Assembly: GCF_964355755.1 (NCBI RefSeq)
Contig: NC_092673.1
Span: forward strand, 23,867,648-23,931,647
Direction of reading: 5' to 3'
Length of the DNA stretch: 64,000 nucleotides
Source of the DNA: Antedon mediterranea
Lineage: Eukaryota; Animalia; Echinodermata
The position numbers and the translations under genes are program-made. Under the pieces are notes generated by a model. The model did no database searches, had not been told where the DNA came from, and was given only the letters and a program-made list of their open reading frames with translations. Below, piece after piece: positions 50,856 through 64,000 of this stretch (positions are counted from its first letter, which is position 1; every line of letters starts with the position of its first letter).

Positions 50856-52811
50856 TTATTGCAGTTGACTAGAGGTATTGTGAATATGTCTGAGAACACT
50901 TTGCATCCATGTCAAATAATGTTGCATTCCTACAATGACACGCTTTACTCCAGCAGTAGCCGAATGGCAGGATGATATGTCTATTTGCACTCCTTTGGTT
51001 TCGTTATCAGAGTCTTCTTGAATGTTGTGGTCTTTCATCTGTAATAAAAGAACACAAACATTTAAAATAGGAAAAAATAACGAAGTACAATAAGGCGGTA
51101 TCATGAGCGGTATCATGTCTAGTGACAACAAAAAACATGCAGTATTGCGTCTTCTGACGACAACCCTCATTCCATGGAATACTGTACAGCCTCTCACTAC
51201 AATATTAAATAAGTCACCGTACTTACCAACAGTTTGAAACGGTGTAGTAGAACTGTTGTATAATCGGACAGTTCTTCCAGCTTTGTTTTATACTCGTCAC
51301 TGATGTTAACGTTTGAGGTAATGTTGTTTAAGAAGTTCAGGTAAACTTGCAAATCTTGTATGTGTTTGTTGGCACGAAATGTTTCCTAAATATACAAAAG
51401 TTAATATTATTATTTATCATTATGTAAACGTTACGTGTTTTAACTTTATCTATTTTAAAATAATTATAGGCCTAAATTAGATCTTTAATTAGAACCCCAT
51501 TTTGATTAGAGAAATATATAATAATATAAAATAGATTTTCATGAGAGTTTTAGCTCGTTAACTTACCTTTGTTTCCAATAGTGTGAGTCTGTTTGGAATT
51601 CCATTAACATGATGACACCTGATGCCTTTACTTTGTTCCTATAAATTAAATTCAAAATAACGGTTAGTCACGTCGGAAGGGGAATAAACAGTTGTACAAT
51701 ATTGTAGTAACAAGTTTATAGCTCTAAGAAGCAGACAATGAGAAATGAGAATGCAAGGCAGCATAAATGGTTATCCTAGTTTTATGAATAAACTTTCCTA
51801 CTTATTATTCTGTTTTCTGTTCGTTGTTGTCCACAGAATAAACAGGCCTTTTGTCATGTGCCCAAATTTGGTTAATATTATTAATATATGGGCACATCAG
51901 GGTTTTTTTGTCACATAAACTTTGATAGTGTAGACAAAGGTTTAAGCTTGGTTCCCACTAGAACGTAACGCAAGGACGTAAACGCAACGCAAGCGTTTTA
52001 ACCAATGACAAGCGAAATTATAGACAGTTAGCAATCACAAGCGAATAAGCCATCGCTTGTGATTGGTCAATTCACTTGCGTTGCGTTACGTCCTTGTATT
52101 GCGTCGCTAGTGGGAACCACGCTTTAGACGCTTGATCTCTTTTGTAAATGGTTATAATCTATAATTTCCTCTAATCAAAATACTAATAGAACTTACTAAT
52201 ATCTGTTCAAAGTTGTTCAGTCGATGTTTAAGATGCTTAGCTTCATTTTTTACCGCTGCTGTGGTAGTATTCGTCTGGCTGTATGCTGTTGTTGCAATAA
52301 TACTTATGACAAGAAGTGTATGTAATCCTACAATAAAAAAGGAAAAGGTAAATAAGTAAACAATTGGAATTAAACTTTTGCCGTTTGTAAAAGAAAAAGT
52401 TTAACATGCACAATTAAACAGTTTTAAACATGCTCGTGTGTACGACACTACATCGTTGATGGAGAATGAGAATACTGAAATGGCCTACCTTTCATAATTT
52501 ATAAATGCATTTTTGTTTATTAGTATTTTTTAAATTTTGATTTGTGGGAAAAAATCTATCATTACTTGTATTACATTTATGGTATACTGTATAACTGAAA
52601 TAGGATCGCCTCTCGCAGGAGATTAGGTTAAAGATTTCTATGGAACATTAATAAGGCATTGTTAAGTATGTTATATAATGTTGAACACTTGAATGCAAGA
52701 AAATTTAGGTAAAAACTTGCTTTACTTACATTATTAGTTTACATTGCACATATATAATAGTAGGCTATACTACTAAAACTCGTTTTAGCTGTACTTACTT
52801 ATATATTCCAT
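50856..52811 (-). CDS. Secreted four-helix-bundle cytokine-like protein B (recent tandem duplicate of A, ~185 aa, 5 exons)
   Basis: Exons 52811-52799 (MEYI), 52327-52197, 51638-51567, 51385-51227 and 51038-50856. Phases 1-0-0-0, open frame, near-identical to gene A except in exon 3 and the start of exon 4. Confidence 0.8.
51944..52105. mobile_element. Palindromic MITE family (GCTTGGTTCCCACTAG...CTAGTGGGAACC), Harbinger-like; further copies or fragments at ~29758-30858, 57656, 58023-58170, 58553, 60205-60345, 60745-60850 and 61604-61930
   Basis: Nearly fully palindromic ~160-bp element with recurring ACGCAACGCAAG...GACCAAT cores. Confidence 0.75.
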
Positions 52812-52894
52812 ATTGATCGACAGAGATTCTTTCAAGTTCTGACTTCAACTTAAGCTTTGCAGAAAATAAATGTTCTACTGCCATTGTGGCTCCT

Positions 52895-53170
52895 TAATAT
52901 AGGCTATACGCTTTCAAATTTCGAAAAAATAAATATATGTATTTTGCAAAATAAGTTTTCGTTCGATAAATTTTCTGAAACTTTTTTTTAAAACAAACTT
53001 TGCAAAGCGCTGAGCTAAACATTGCACAATAGTTGACAGTAAATCCCTTGTTTTGAGTCATTGTATTCATCCCTTGAAATGTATTTTTAGTAACTAGTGA
53101 ATTACTATTTATTCAACCATATCATCTGTGTGTGTTTGTTTGTTTAAAAATCAGATAGATCTAGAATCTG
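52895..53170 (-). promoter_or_regulatory. Promoter of cytokine-like gene B with C/EBP, NF-kB-like and AP-1 motifs
   Basis: TATA-like CTATATTA (~52895-52902), ATTGCACAAT (53021-53030), GGGATTTAC on minus (53039-53047), TGAGTCA (53054-53060). Confidence 0.6.
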
Positions 53171-56100
53171 ATAGGACTAATGTACAGGGTACTGGTATCA
53201 ATGCATGGTCTTTCATTATTTATAAAATGCAATAATTCTTTTCTCAGATATTTAGACAATGTATACATGAATTTCATAGTTTGCGGATATCGTATATTTA
53301 TGTATGATTATTTATAGTTAATTTAATACCAATACCAGGCTACTTCGAAGCAAAAGTTTAGTTACATTCTAGTAGAAGTGTGAGCATGAGTTCTACAACC
53401 GCTTTTACATTCCTTCTGGTCCCGGTGAATATATAAAAGGAAACTAAATCTAACAAGAACACCCCAATCCTACGAGAGGAGCACACAAGCCTCTACCAAT
53501 AATTGGAAAGTTAAACATTGTATATTTGTTTTGTTCTTTAAATGTTTTAACCAAAATATTTGTCCAGGATTACACAATCAGGTAAAGAAAAAAAAGTTTT
53601 ACATTGTGGTCCTGTCTAAATTCAAAATATATTAAGAAAAAAAAAGTTTCAGTTTCATGAAAAGAAATGAGATCTAGCTTTAAATGAACCAATTGTTGGC
53701 AAAAAGTACCAGGTACCAGGTATTAAAAGTTAGGCCGTAGACCTACATCTTGAAAAACTGGTTTGCTGAGATTTTGAAAAACTCAGCAGTGTATCAAATG
53801 CAGTAGAAATGGACACAAATGCAGCCTTCAGTGGGGCTAACAGGAGGAAAGAGAATTAAATTTATAAGTATAGTAAATGAAAAGTATTCATATCTTTCCA
53901 ATACAACACAGCAGTGTTTCACATTTATACTTAATTTCCATATTTTCTGACAACATACATGAACGTTTCCAAAATATGACATAACTCCGTTCGGTGGTGT
54001 ATGCTAGTGTTTACTAGTGTTTGTAACAAAGGTGGGTTTTCCAAAATAGATTTCCAAATTACGGACTTGACATTTTAGGCTTGCGACCCACTTTATTGTA
54101 CGTCACTACATACCATTATTTCCGAAAGTGAAAGAAAAATAAGAAAACAAACAACCGAAACCAGATTATCAATACTATTTACAGTTCAATTGTTATCCAT
54201 TCATGTATTATTATCTACTATTAATCTACAGCACAGTAAAGTCTTGATAAGATAATGGCATATACATGGCTGCAGTCGCGTGCTCAAGTTAGTGTTTTCC
54301 GACCAACCGACCGACCAACTGACCGACATAGTGAGCTCTAGAGTCGCGTTGCACGCGAATAAAAAGAATTATAGTTGCGGCGGTTACAACATAAAGTTAC
54401 TAAATTGAGGAAAATCGGAATTTATAGCACACATCGCATGTATCGGGTGCTCAGTAGAGCTGAAGTATTCGAGTCAGAATTGGTGACCAAACAGTGTCTG
54501 ATAACTGAAGAAATGACTATCGAGGTTGGCTGACAGATTAAAGAATAGATTGATTCACTCTAAAGAATGGATTTATTGATTGATAAAGTACAATCTGGAT
54601 TATTAATAAACATTCACACTATTACCCATTTCAAGTCGTGCAAAAGTGCACAGCTTCGAAGATTTGCAACGTATTGCGGAATATAGAATGAATATAAAAA
54701 TTGTTTGAAAAGTTTACATTTCTCTCAATTTAAAGTAGGTACTTGGTATACAAATATTGACAAACAACACCATTTATACCTAAAATAATATATTGTATAT
54801 ATATATTCACTTTGACCAAAAATTGGATCGACAAAAAAAATAGTTACCTGAAAAATTTTACAGCAAAAAATAGTCAAATTGTCTGTTAGACAATGGGGGT
54901 CTGGTTAAATGTAACAGTTTATTGTGTCTTTAAAGTAAAGTAAAAAAAATGTCTGATTTAGTTTTTTTTAATGAGTTTGGGAAACAATAATAAAAGCAAT
55001 CAAGAACAATTATTTTAATTGTTTGTACAATCTCTTGAAAACAGTTTCTGGAAATAAACGTCACCTTGGATTGCTAAATTCAGAACATTCTTTTACTAAA
55101 TTTAGACAAACAATTATCCATAATTATTATAAAATATTTAATATAAAACATTTTCTGAGAGTAATTCAGCACTAAAATATATTTAAACTCATTAAAATAA
55201 GTAATGATACACTATAACGAATAACCATTATATTATTAAATAACATATTCTATCACACATGTACTTTATTGATTCGGCGCGCGGGTATATGTATTTAAAA
55301 TGTATGACCTTACATAGAATAAGATGCTTCTTTTACTTTCTAAGTTACTAAAACTCAATTCTAAGATTGATCCGTGATCAACATTTGGCGTCTGCAAGAA
55401 AGAGTTTGTGAAAGGGAAACAACACGACGCATGAATGTTCTGGGGGTGGGGACGATTTCAGAGAGTTTATAACCACAACTACAGTATGAATGGTAGATGG
55501 TGATACAGATATGTATTTATATATAATAGTATCGGTATTCTTTCTCAGTTTCAAATGATATAAACGAATAATAAACAAACACAAGACTGAAGAAATTGAA
55601 GAAGTCATCCATAATGCCAATAATGTGTGTTTAAGATATTTTTTTAAACTATGCAATCCTTTACACTGAATGCTATATTATTTTATGTTGGTGTTTATTT
55701 ATCTCCAATTCAAGTGGTTCTTCAATAATAGATTGTTGTATCAATTATGTTGATAAGTAAACATTCAAGTTAAATAGTATTTTGTATCCTGCAATGAACG
55801 GGGCGCGTTGACAAAACGGTACAGTACTGTAGGTGACACAGACAAGCAGACAATTACAAAGAAGGGATAGACGCAAATATGATAAACAATTATATTTATT
55901 TATTTATGACGCAATAAACACTATAATTTTACAATAGTACAGTTAAACTTAATTAAAATGTCTGCATTGTGAACTCTTACTTATTTTAATGATTATTAGT
56001 ACATACTGTAATAATATATAACATTCTATTTGAAATCTAAAATATTTAGTTACATGTTTTTGTTATATTAGTTGAAACATTTTTGTAATATAATATTTAC

Positions 56101-56579
56101 TTAATATGAATCTTTCAAGTTTATAATTGACCGATTGAATCCAAGCGGTAGGATGAGACTCTTTAAACCCAAAAACAAATAGATTCGTTAACTCGATCCT
56201 TTGTTCCCTTCATTATTATCCAGCAAAACCGCAAGTAGGTAGATAATTCCTATGATTATTTAGTACTGTATACTGTTATAATATATAACATTCTAATATT
56301 TAAAAATCTAAAATATTTAGATACATGTTTTGTCATCAATTGACTAGTTTTTATAATACATAATATTTTCTTCTAAATGCATCGATTCTTATATTTCAAA
56401 ATCGCTAATTTTGAATTACCCTGTTTAAAACACCGTTTTTCTAACATCCGCTATAACCAATAACATTAGTAAATATATGTAATACTGTATTAAAATGACT
56501 ATTATATAATAATAAAATATGTGTAATCACAGATTACAAACATGTTAAGTTAGAGACGTTCCAGCAAGCTGAGGCAATT

Positions 56580-59500
56580 CTATGGTTTTACATGACGTAA
56601 GTAATCCTCAAACCAGACCGTGTAAGGGACCATCCTTTCAGCAACGTACAGCACGCTGCAGATTGTCTGTGTTTGGTTGGCAGCAGAATCGATTACCGTT
56701 TGTGAGGAAGAGTCATTCTGGTATCCATTTTCTGAAAACTAAAAAATGATACTAATATTTATGCACCGTCACAAAAAAACAAAAACATTTTACCGATACA
56801 GATTTTCTGCTTTTTAAAATAAATTATTTATACTCTTTTAGATATTAATAAAGTTATGATTACTGATTATAATATGTGAGAACTACTTTCTCGCACCACT
56901 TGTATCGTGAGACAGTATTCTTCAGCCAATATTGACAGGTCTTTTCATAATCATGTAATTAAAAATCAGCTTTTCATGTTTGTAAATTTGTTTGAGCAAT
57001 TTATTAATTTATTTATTTCTCTTGTAGAGATTAATAAGGTTTTAATGATTATAATATCCGATAACTACTTTCTCGCACCACTTGTAGTATAGAAAGTATT
57101 CTTCCGCCAATATGGTAGTATAAAGGTATAAATAATATAATAACATGATTTGTTACATTATTTTCTAGTTGTTCCGCTTCCCATAACACAATTAAATCAT
57201 GAATGGCTTACTATATCAGATATCCTAGATAATACAACTAGAACCTGGTTCCGAAGTTGTCGCAGCATGTTCTTTAAGTTGTCTGCAATTTGGAAAGTTG
57301 TCTGGTTTTCAATTCGTCCAAGATAATCTTCATATGCCGTAAAACTACGTCTGTGATAGTTCATTACAACCTAGAGATCATTAAGCAGAAATACCATACA
57401 AGCTTCTTATGAGTTTTTAATGTTCTAGTAGATTAATACTTGGATTATATGTCCGGTAGTGATTGATCATTTCTATATAGCCATTAACGACTGAAGGAAT
57501 TAATTCCCATTAATTATGTAAATCATTTGCATATTGCTAATCAGGCGGTTTTTGAAAAAAAATTTGGGGGGGGGGGGGGAGGGTGGGTTGGTACGGGCAT
57601 GGTAAGATGCATATTATCTTAGGGGTTAGGAATATCAGATGGTGCAGAGGCAAAAGCTTGGTTTCCACTATAGGACGCAGTGCAATTTGATTATCCGAAC
57701 TGTCGCTTGTCGTTGGTCAACTCGGCTTCGAAAAAGTTGGTGCCTTTGTATTTCAGCGTACGTATTTTTCGGCTGTACATACGACAGAGATGCATTCACT
57801 TAAACTGCATGTTACATTTGACTTTGTTACAATACAACATTATAAGTCTACTGATGTAAAAGCCAAATCAAAATACAGTGTAACTTATATATATATCAGT
57901 TTCAATTTAAAAAAAAAGATTAGTGCCAGAAATTGATTGTAAGTAGTTTATAAGCAAAAAAGGCAACTATAATTATTATGTTAAAGTAATATTTTAAAGA
58001 TCTAGGCACGTCACAACTACTCAAGCTTGCTTCCCAGCTAGGGCGCAGTGCAAGGACGTAAGCGCAACGCAAGTTGAGGGATGGATTATTCGATATGTCG
58101 CTTGCCATTGGCAAAATCGCTGGCGTTGCGTTTACGTCCTTGAGTTGTGTCCTAGTATGATCCAAGCTTAATAAGGACAAACTACTTAATAACTGGATTT
58201 TATATTAGTCTTCAGCTGCGATACTATATCTAACATATTATACAAAATAATAATTAATATAACTTAGTATGGTGATCATCAACATATACTCGGCAATTAT
58301 TATCACCGTCATTATAACAATTATTCTTCATAATATACTACTGGACATATTTCATTGACGTAATATCGTAATAACACACTGCTTTAGGGGCTAGTTGAAG
58401 TTATATTAATACAACTGTAATGTTCAATGTAATTTAATAACTTAACTTTGCATAATTACCAAAACATGTAGTATTTTCGTAATCAGCCCAGGATTAGGTT
58501 CACCTAATATTTAGGTGCTGAACGTCTAACGTGTGCAATGATAAAGAGAAAAGCGTTTGGTTTCCACTAGGACTCAACGTAACGAAGCGTACCAACTTGA
58601 CCAATCAAAAGTGTCACTTGCTAGAACTTATTATGTATTAAATAACTTCATTTACCCAATGATAGGGTTAGGTTCAGTATGAACATGAAACAGTCTCGCA
58701 GTTGATCGACACAGTACGAGATGGAAACAAAACATTATCTGTAGGGCAAATATAATATGTAGGCCTATTACCGAATTTACATTCAATGACATGTGTTTCT
58801 TACCTCTTGATCAAGAAAAAAGAATAAAGTACTACTCTTTATTCTCGGAACTCCAGACACCGGCGGTGCTCCTAAGGCATTTCTGCTACAATTGTTTGTC
58901 TGTGGATATGCGATAAATGTTTGTTTGTGATACAGTATTATTCTTATCAACGATTCGTTGAGCAAGTTAGTTATACAATTGACAGGTTTAACTGTATATA
59001 ATGTACATAATAAAAACGTATATTTGTATTAATCAATTGGCTAGATACAACACGTCTTTCTAAAACGAGGTGAATGCAATAAAACACGATCTCAATAGTC
59101 GTTCATTATTCGCTGAATGCGGTTAAACATAATCGTCATTTTATAAATGATGGTATTTTTATACAATAGTTATAAAAACCCTAAACCGCTGTATTATGTA
59201 TAGTTCCAAAAAATCGTATTAATCATGGTAGTCTACTTACAAGATGTGTTGTAAAGTTATTAAGTTGACTTCTCAGGTATATTGAGTGATTTTCAGCATC
59301 GTCGTACACATTGGTCGCTCGCACTGTCAAGTTCATTCCAACTAATACGAGTACCACCAGTGCGAGGTTTATTGCTTTGTAACAAACAGGTTAAAATTAA
59401 GCTTTATTTTTGTTGTCCAAATCAAACGATTTGTAAAAAAATAATTTATATTAGGAACATGTTCGAGAAGGAGCTCCTTTTCGACAAACGACTCAAAAGT

Positions 59501-59691
59501 AAATGCAATTGACAAATTTGTGATTAGGGAGAAATATAACCGATATTATATTGTTTTAATATTTAGGTAAAAAAGTATTAGTAAAGTACTAGAAAAACCT
59601 AATTAATAGAATAGATTTCACCGGCGGATTTATCGTTGCTAGACATACAACCGTGTACTGGGCGTTTTTACTTACCATAGTTTGGCTTCAT
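56580..59691 (-). CDS. Secreted four-helix-bundle cytokine-like protein C (divergent paralog, ~187 aa, 5 exons)
   Basis: Exons 59691-59676 (MKPNY), 59374-59241 (AINLALVVLVLVGMNLTVRA-TNVYDDAENHSIYLRSQLNNFTTHL), 58899-58804 (TNNCSRNALGAPPVSGVPRI...), 57370-57212 (VVMNYHRRSFTAYEDYLGRI...LKNMLRQLRNQVLVVLSRISDI) and 56738-56580 (...ICSVLYVAERMVPYTVWFEDYLRHVKP*). Phases 1-0-0-0, exon 4 is 159 nt as in A and B, and TATATAA lies ~100 bp upstream of the ATG. Confidence 0.8.
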
Positions 59692-62600
59692 ATCTGCTCG
59701 GCTGTAGAAAATACTTAAATTTAAAATAGACCTACTACTTTTTGTCGCAAAATGATTTTGTGTTATATTTAACGTTAAAGATTCGGCTTATATACTTTTC
59801 TGTGTTACCACGTTTCTAATTTTATTATTTTTAAAAATCTGAATGAAATTGTAATATCATTCATTTTCCGGTATCGAAGGAAATGTAATACGAAATAGTA
59901 AGATGTGACATAATTGTTACGTTTGAAACTGTTTAATTCCGTATTTCATGCATAAGTTGTATACAATTGTTGACAATTGTGTTAAGTCAGCGTGTTCATA
60001 ATATATTGCACGTTTACACACACTAACCCAATCAAGATATCAATACTACATGAAACGGAAATGTCATATTGACAAATCAAAACAAGTGACAGCCGAATTT
60101 CTACTTTTCTTTGAACTCACTTTATTACCGTTACGAACACACAATACTGTTTAGTATCTTATCATTTTATTAATACAGGTATATGATTATCAAATCAAGG
60201 TCTAACGCATGGTTCCCACTTAAAAAATGCAATAGGAAAAAGTACAACGCAAATTATTTGACCAATCAAAAGTGATTGATTATTCGAACTGCCGTTTGTC
60301 ATTGGTGAACTTGTTTGCGTTGTATTCTAGTGTAAACCAAGGTTAAGAAAGATGCCGTCTGGGTAACGCCATCCATTTAATAATATTAATACTTTTTTTG
60401 TAATGTACGAAGAAAAATCAAGATGCAGATCAAAACAAATTACATTGAAGACCAAAAAGTCTTTAATTTCTCCCCAGAATCCATTCACATCGAACCATTG
60501 AAGCAGGGAGTTGTTATTAGAGCAACTCTCTGATTGAAGGATATACCACCTCCATGATCGGTTGAACAATGCAACAACCCAACCCCTCACACTCCTCGCT
60601 CCAAATTTCCCGCTGTATGATTTTGAAGGCCTCATACTATTTTATTGAATTCTCACAAATATGATATAGTAACAAAATAACTGATTGAATGCTGATGTTG
60701 ATATTTTTATTTAAATTGTTCTCATGGGGACCAAATTAAAATGTGTTAACGCAACACAATGACGTAAGGAAGCGCAACGCAAGTGGGTTGACCAATCAAA
60801 AGCAACAGTTGGGAATGATACATATTGCTTGCGTTGCGCTTACATCTCAGCTTACAAGAAACTGTAGCAAAATAATATATCGCATTTGACCATGTGCTCC
60901 GACTTCAGATTGTCTGTCGTCACACAAGAAATTATATTTGTATAAAAAAACGACCAAATCTTATAAACATCCGAATTAAATATGCAGATATTGTAGATAA
61001 GAATATAACATTTTATCTGTATTATAATTACGTGTCGTTTTTTAATTAAAAACAAAGTGGTTGAAATCTCCACCCCTCCCCCTCCCCCCCCCACAAAAAA
61101 AAAAGGATATGACTTGACAAAATTGGTGTTTATGTCCTTTCAACATCTAAACTAAGACAAATATGGAACTGTAACTATTACTACTACTCTTATATTATTT
61201 GTTTTGTATTCTCTGTATCTATGATTTCTGAAATGAAGATGTCATTAAAGGCTTAGCATTGCGTGTCAATGTGGTTAACGTTTTTTTTCTCTTTCTGTAC
61301 GCCTTTCTGTTTTGTTTTCTGAAAGTTATCATTGCTCCCTTTCTATACCATAAATAAATTCCATTAAATAAATAATTAATATGTGTCATTCTTTTCTATA
61401 GTTATTTTTTGGTTTATTTGAATGTACTACGTAAATGTACAACCTCCTTTGGATATGCAAGAATGTAATATGAAGAATGCCCGTGAATTTAATTTGACCA
61501 ATAACAGGCAACTAATCATCGAACTTTGGTTAGCGATTGAACAAATGACTTGATTTGCGCGTACGTCTTTGCGTTGCGTGGAAACGTAAAGCATTCCTAC
61601 TAAAACGTGGTTCCCACTACTACTAGCGACGGAACGTAACGCAACCTACGCAACGTATGAAAATGTCCTTCCGATAATTGTGTTTGCCCCCGCCTGTGCG
61701 TGAAATCAAATCTGCGATATTTGCAACATTGTTGAGTCGTCGGTTCCCACTTGTGATTACGCAATACAGCACTTTGCGTCAAAACGTCGCTGCGTTGCGT
61801 TACGTTGCGTCGCTAATAGGTACCACGCATATAGAACGCAACGCAAGGACGTAAAGGCAACGCAAGTATTTTGACCAATCTCAAGCGATGGATTATTCTA
61901 ACTGTCACTCGTCATTGGAAACTGAGCTTTTGGGTCGTTACCGTATTCATTCGGTGTAATTAAATCATTTGGTGAACTATTTCGTTTACTTTTCTAGATT
62001 AGGTTGCAAGTCAATTTCATTTAGAACACAATTTGCCATCAAAGTCAAAGAACATTTAATAACCTTATATGATGCTTAGTTTTTTTTCTATTTTTTCTAT
62101 TTAAAAAACAAAAAAAAATGTATATAATACTCTTCTATTACTTATTTCATATTCATATTGATAATGCCAGTGAGTTATTAATTTTCATTTATGTAATTAA
62201 TTTTCTTCAGATTTTTCTTTCTCAGAAATGATATACGTTCTAGTTTAAGTTTTATTTATTTTAAAAGGCCAAAACTCGATAAGCGAAAGGTTTTTTTTTT
62301 TGGTCTTTTGTCTTTAGTTTTGATTTTATGTATGTGAAAAAGAACAAACAAGAAAGAAAGACAATAAAGATTATTATAAAGTAATGTTATAGTTTGCAGT
62401 ATAACGTCATTGCCTAAGTAAATATCTGAGAGAAAAAGTTTACATAACTTAAGATCAGTCTAATTTCGATCGCTGGTAACGTAATACAACCTATTTGAAA
62501 ATAAAAATTCACATTCTTGTGTTACCTAATTTTACTTCATCAGAAGTAAGAATACACACAAACGGTACTAAACAACACGCCTACTGTGCGTGTAATTGTT

Positions 62601-64000
62601 TTGACAATGACAACAACTACGTTTGCATTGCAGTATTGTTGTCCAGTAATTTCTATATATAGTATGATAGAATTGAAACTTACAGAGTAAGTCATCGTAC
62701 TGTTAAAAATGCCATTCATTAATTCATTTGCCTTTCTTTCAAAGGCTTACACATAATATTTGCCGAACTACAGAATAAATATCTACATATGTTAAACTCA
62801 TTTTTTTCAAAAATGGACACAAGCCCTTTTGCATATCAGCTTTTCATATAAATAAATAAAATATATCATTACAATCTTACAAGAGTGTAGATATTTAACC
62901 ACAATAATATATATGCCATTTATTTATTTCCATAATACATTTAGTAAACATAATATTGAATTTATTAGTGTATATAAATATTTAATTTATTTTATTACCA
63001 TAGCTCTCATTAAACTTGTATTTACCCAATTTTACCTGTTTTTATGCATTATGATACTATACTGTACAGTAATTACCATGCTTTACTCATTTTTCATTGT
63101 ATTGTTAATGTTGCATTTGTATTTTATCATCTTGGTGTGTCATATACTGTCTATATTTTACCCCCTTTTTATGATATTTATCATGTGATTGTGTTATATT
63201 ATGCAATTTTGTGTTTGCAGTCCATGACAAGCAAGACACATCTCCACGAGTCAGTGTATTCTTTTATTACAATTCTCCGTTTTATATGTATATATATATA
63301 TTTACATTTGTGTCAATTAAACATTTGTAATCATATTTTTTCCTTTCGATTGTATTTTACACAAATATTCTTACAGTAGTTAAAAAATACATGCATGCAT
63401 ATTTACATAATGAGATGAATGATTTCAATATAAAACCATAGTTCCTTGCATTTACATTTTTAAGAAGATGTTAATTAACATATATAAATAAAACATGAAA
63501 ATAAAAGACGATGAACAGTGATTAAAATCGTACTTATATAAAAATCGCTATCTGGTTTGTGTTCGGGTAGAGAGGCTAAAAACTCAGAAAGGATTATAAA
63601 ATATCTTCCGTTTTTACCAAGACAAAATGGATGAGATGATAAAAGAAGAATGCAAAAATTCGAAAATTCGGATGATAGCTTGGAATGATATATTTAATGA
63701 AAACCGTAAGAGTTCATACACTGTGCTAGTCCAATGTGTATGCGTCATAGCCGATGTCATCTTATTATAATACTACATCATATATGTATTCCTCGGATTT
63801 TACCTCCTGAAGAAAAAAAACATTTTCGACTTCAATGTTTGTTTTTTTAGACAAGAATGGGTGTATTCTTATTAGTCGACTCTACAGCTCACTATGTCGG
63901 TCGGTTGGTCGGTCGGTCGGTAAACACTCAAATTTGCGCACGCGACTGCAGCCATTTATATGGCCTTGTTTCTTGTAGCACAGCTATGTTGGGGGTTTAA

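Noticed and set aside
52799-52884. Longer exon-1 ORF MAVEHLFSAK...
   Set aside because: It ends in phase 2, incompatible with exon 2, and its ATG lies so close to the TATA-like box that it is probably upstream of the transcription start.
60327-60650. 102-aa minus ORF and coding-like + strand patch
   Set aside because: No splice context or recognisable motif; flanked by MITE fragments.
63530-63810. Possible last exon of a fourth cytokine-like gene after an acceptor-like site at ~63807
   Set aside because: All three minus frames hit early stops and lack the Y-x-x-W...LRH helix-D pattern.

Overview
AT-rich, intron-containing animal genomic DNA. It is most consistent with an invertebrate deuterostome such as an echinoderm (inferred from the ST8Sia gene, small GT-AG exons and the repeat types). 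All genes I could assemble by hand lie on the minus strand. They are: (1) the first coding exon of a kynurenine aminotransferase (KYAT) paralog running off the left edge; (2) a complete 12-coding-exon KYAT gene (~414 aa) with a GC-AG intron; (3) a 4-exon alpha-2,8-sialyltransferase-like gene (~329 aa); (4) a decaying secreted mosaic gene (signal peptide, WAP-like, Ig, CCP x3, follistatin/Kazal, Kunitz, NTR-like); and (5) a cluster of three 5-exon secreted ~187-190 aa genes. The main discovery is cluster (5). These genes have intron phases 1-0-0-0, four predicted amphipathic helices and a conserved Cys pair. The two recent duplicates also carry C/EBP, NF-kB-like and AP-1 promoter motifs. Together this makes them candidate long-chain class-I helical (IL-6/IL-11/GH-like) cytokines, largely invisible in the ORF track. 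Between 10 and 26 kb there are four large fold-back elements: an LTR-retrotransposon hairpin, a Merlin-like element with ~820-bp TIRs, a composite TIR element and a 4.3-kb palindrome full of AGGTCA arrays. SINEs, MITEs, Helentron-like elements and minisatellites are scattered across the window. Family assignments come from motif recognition, not database searches.
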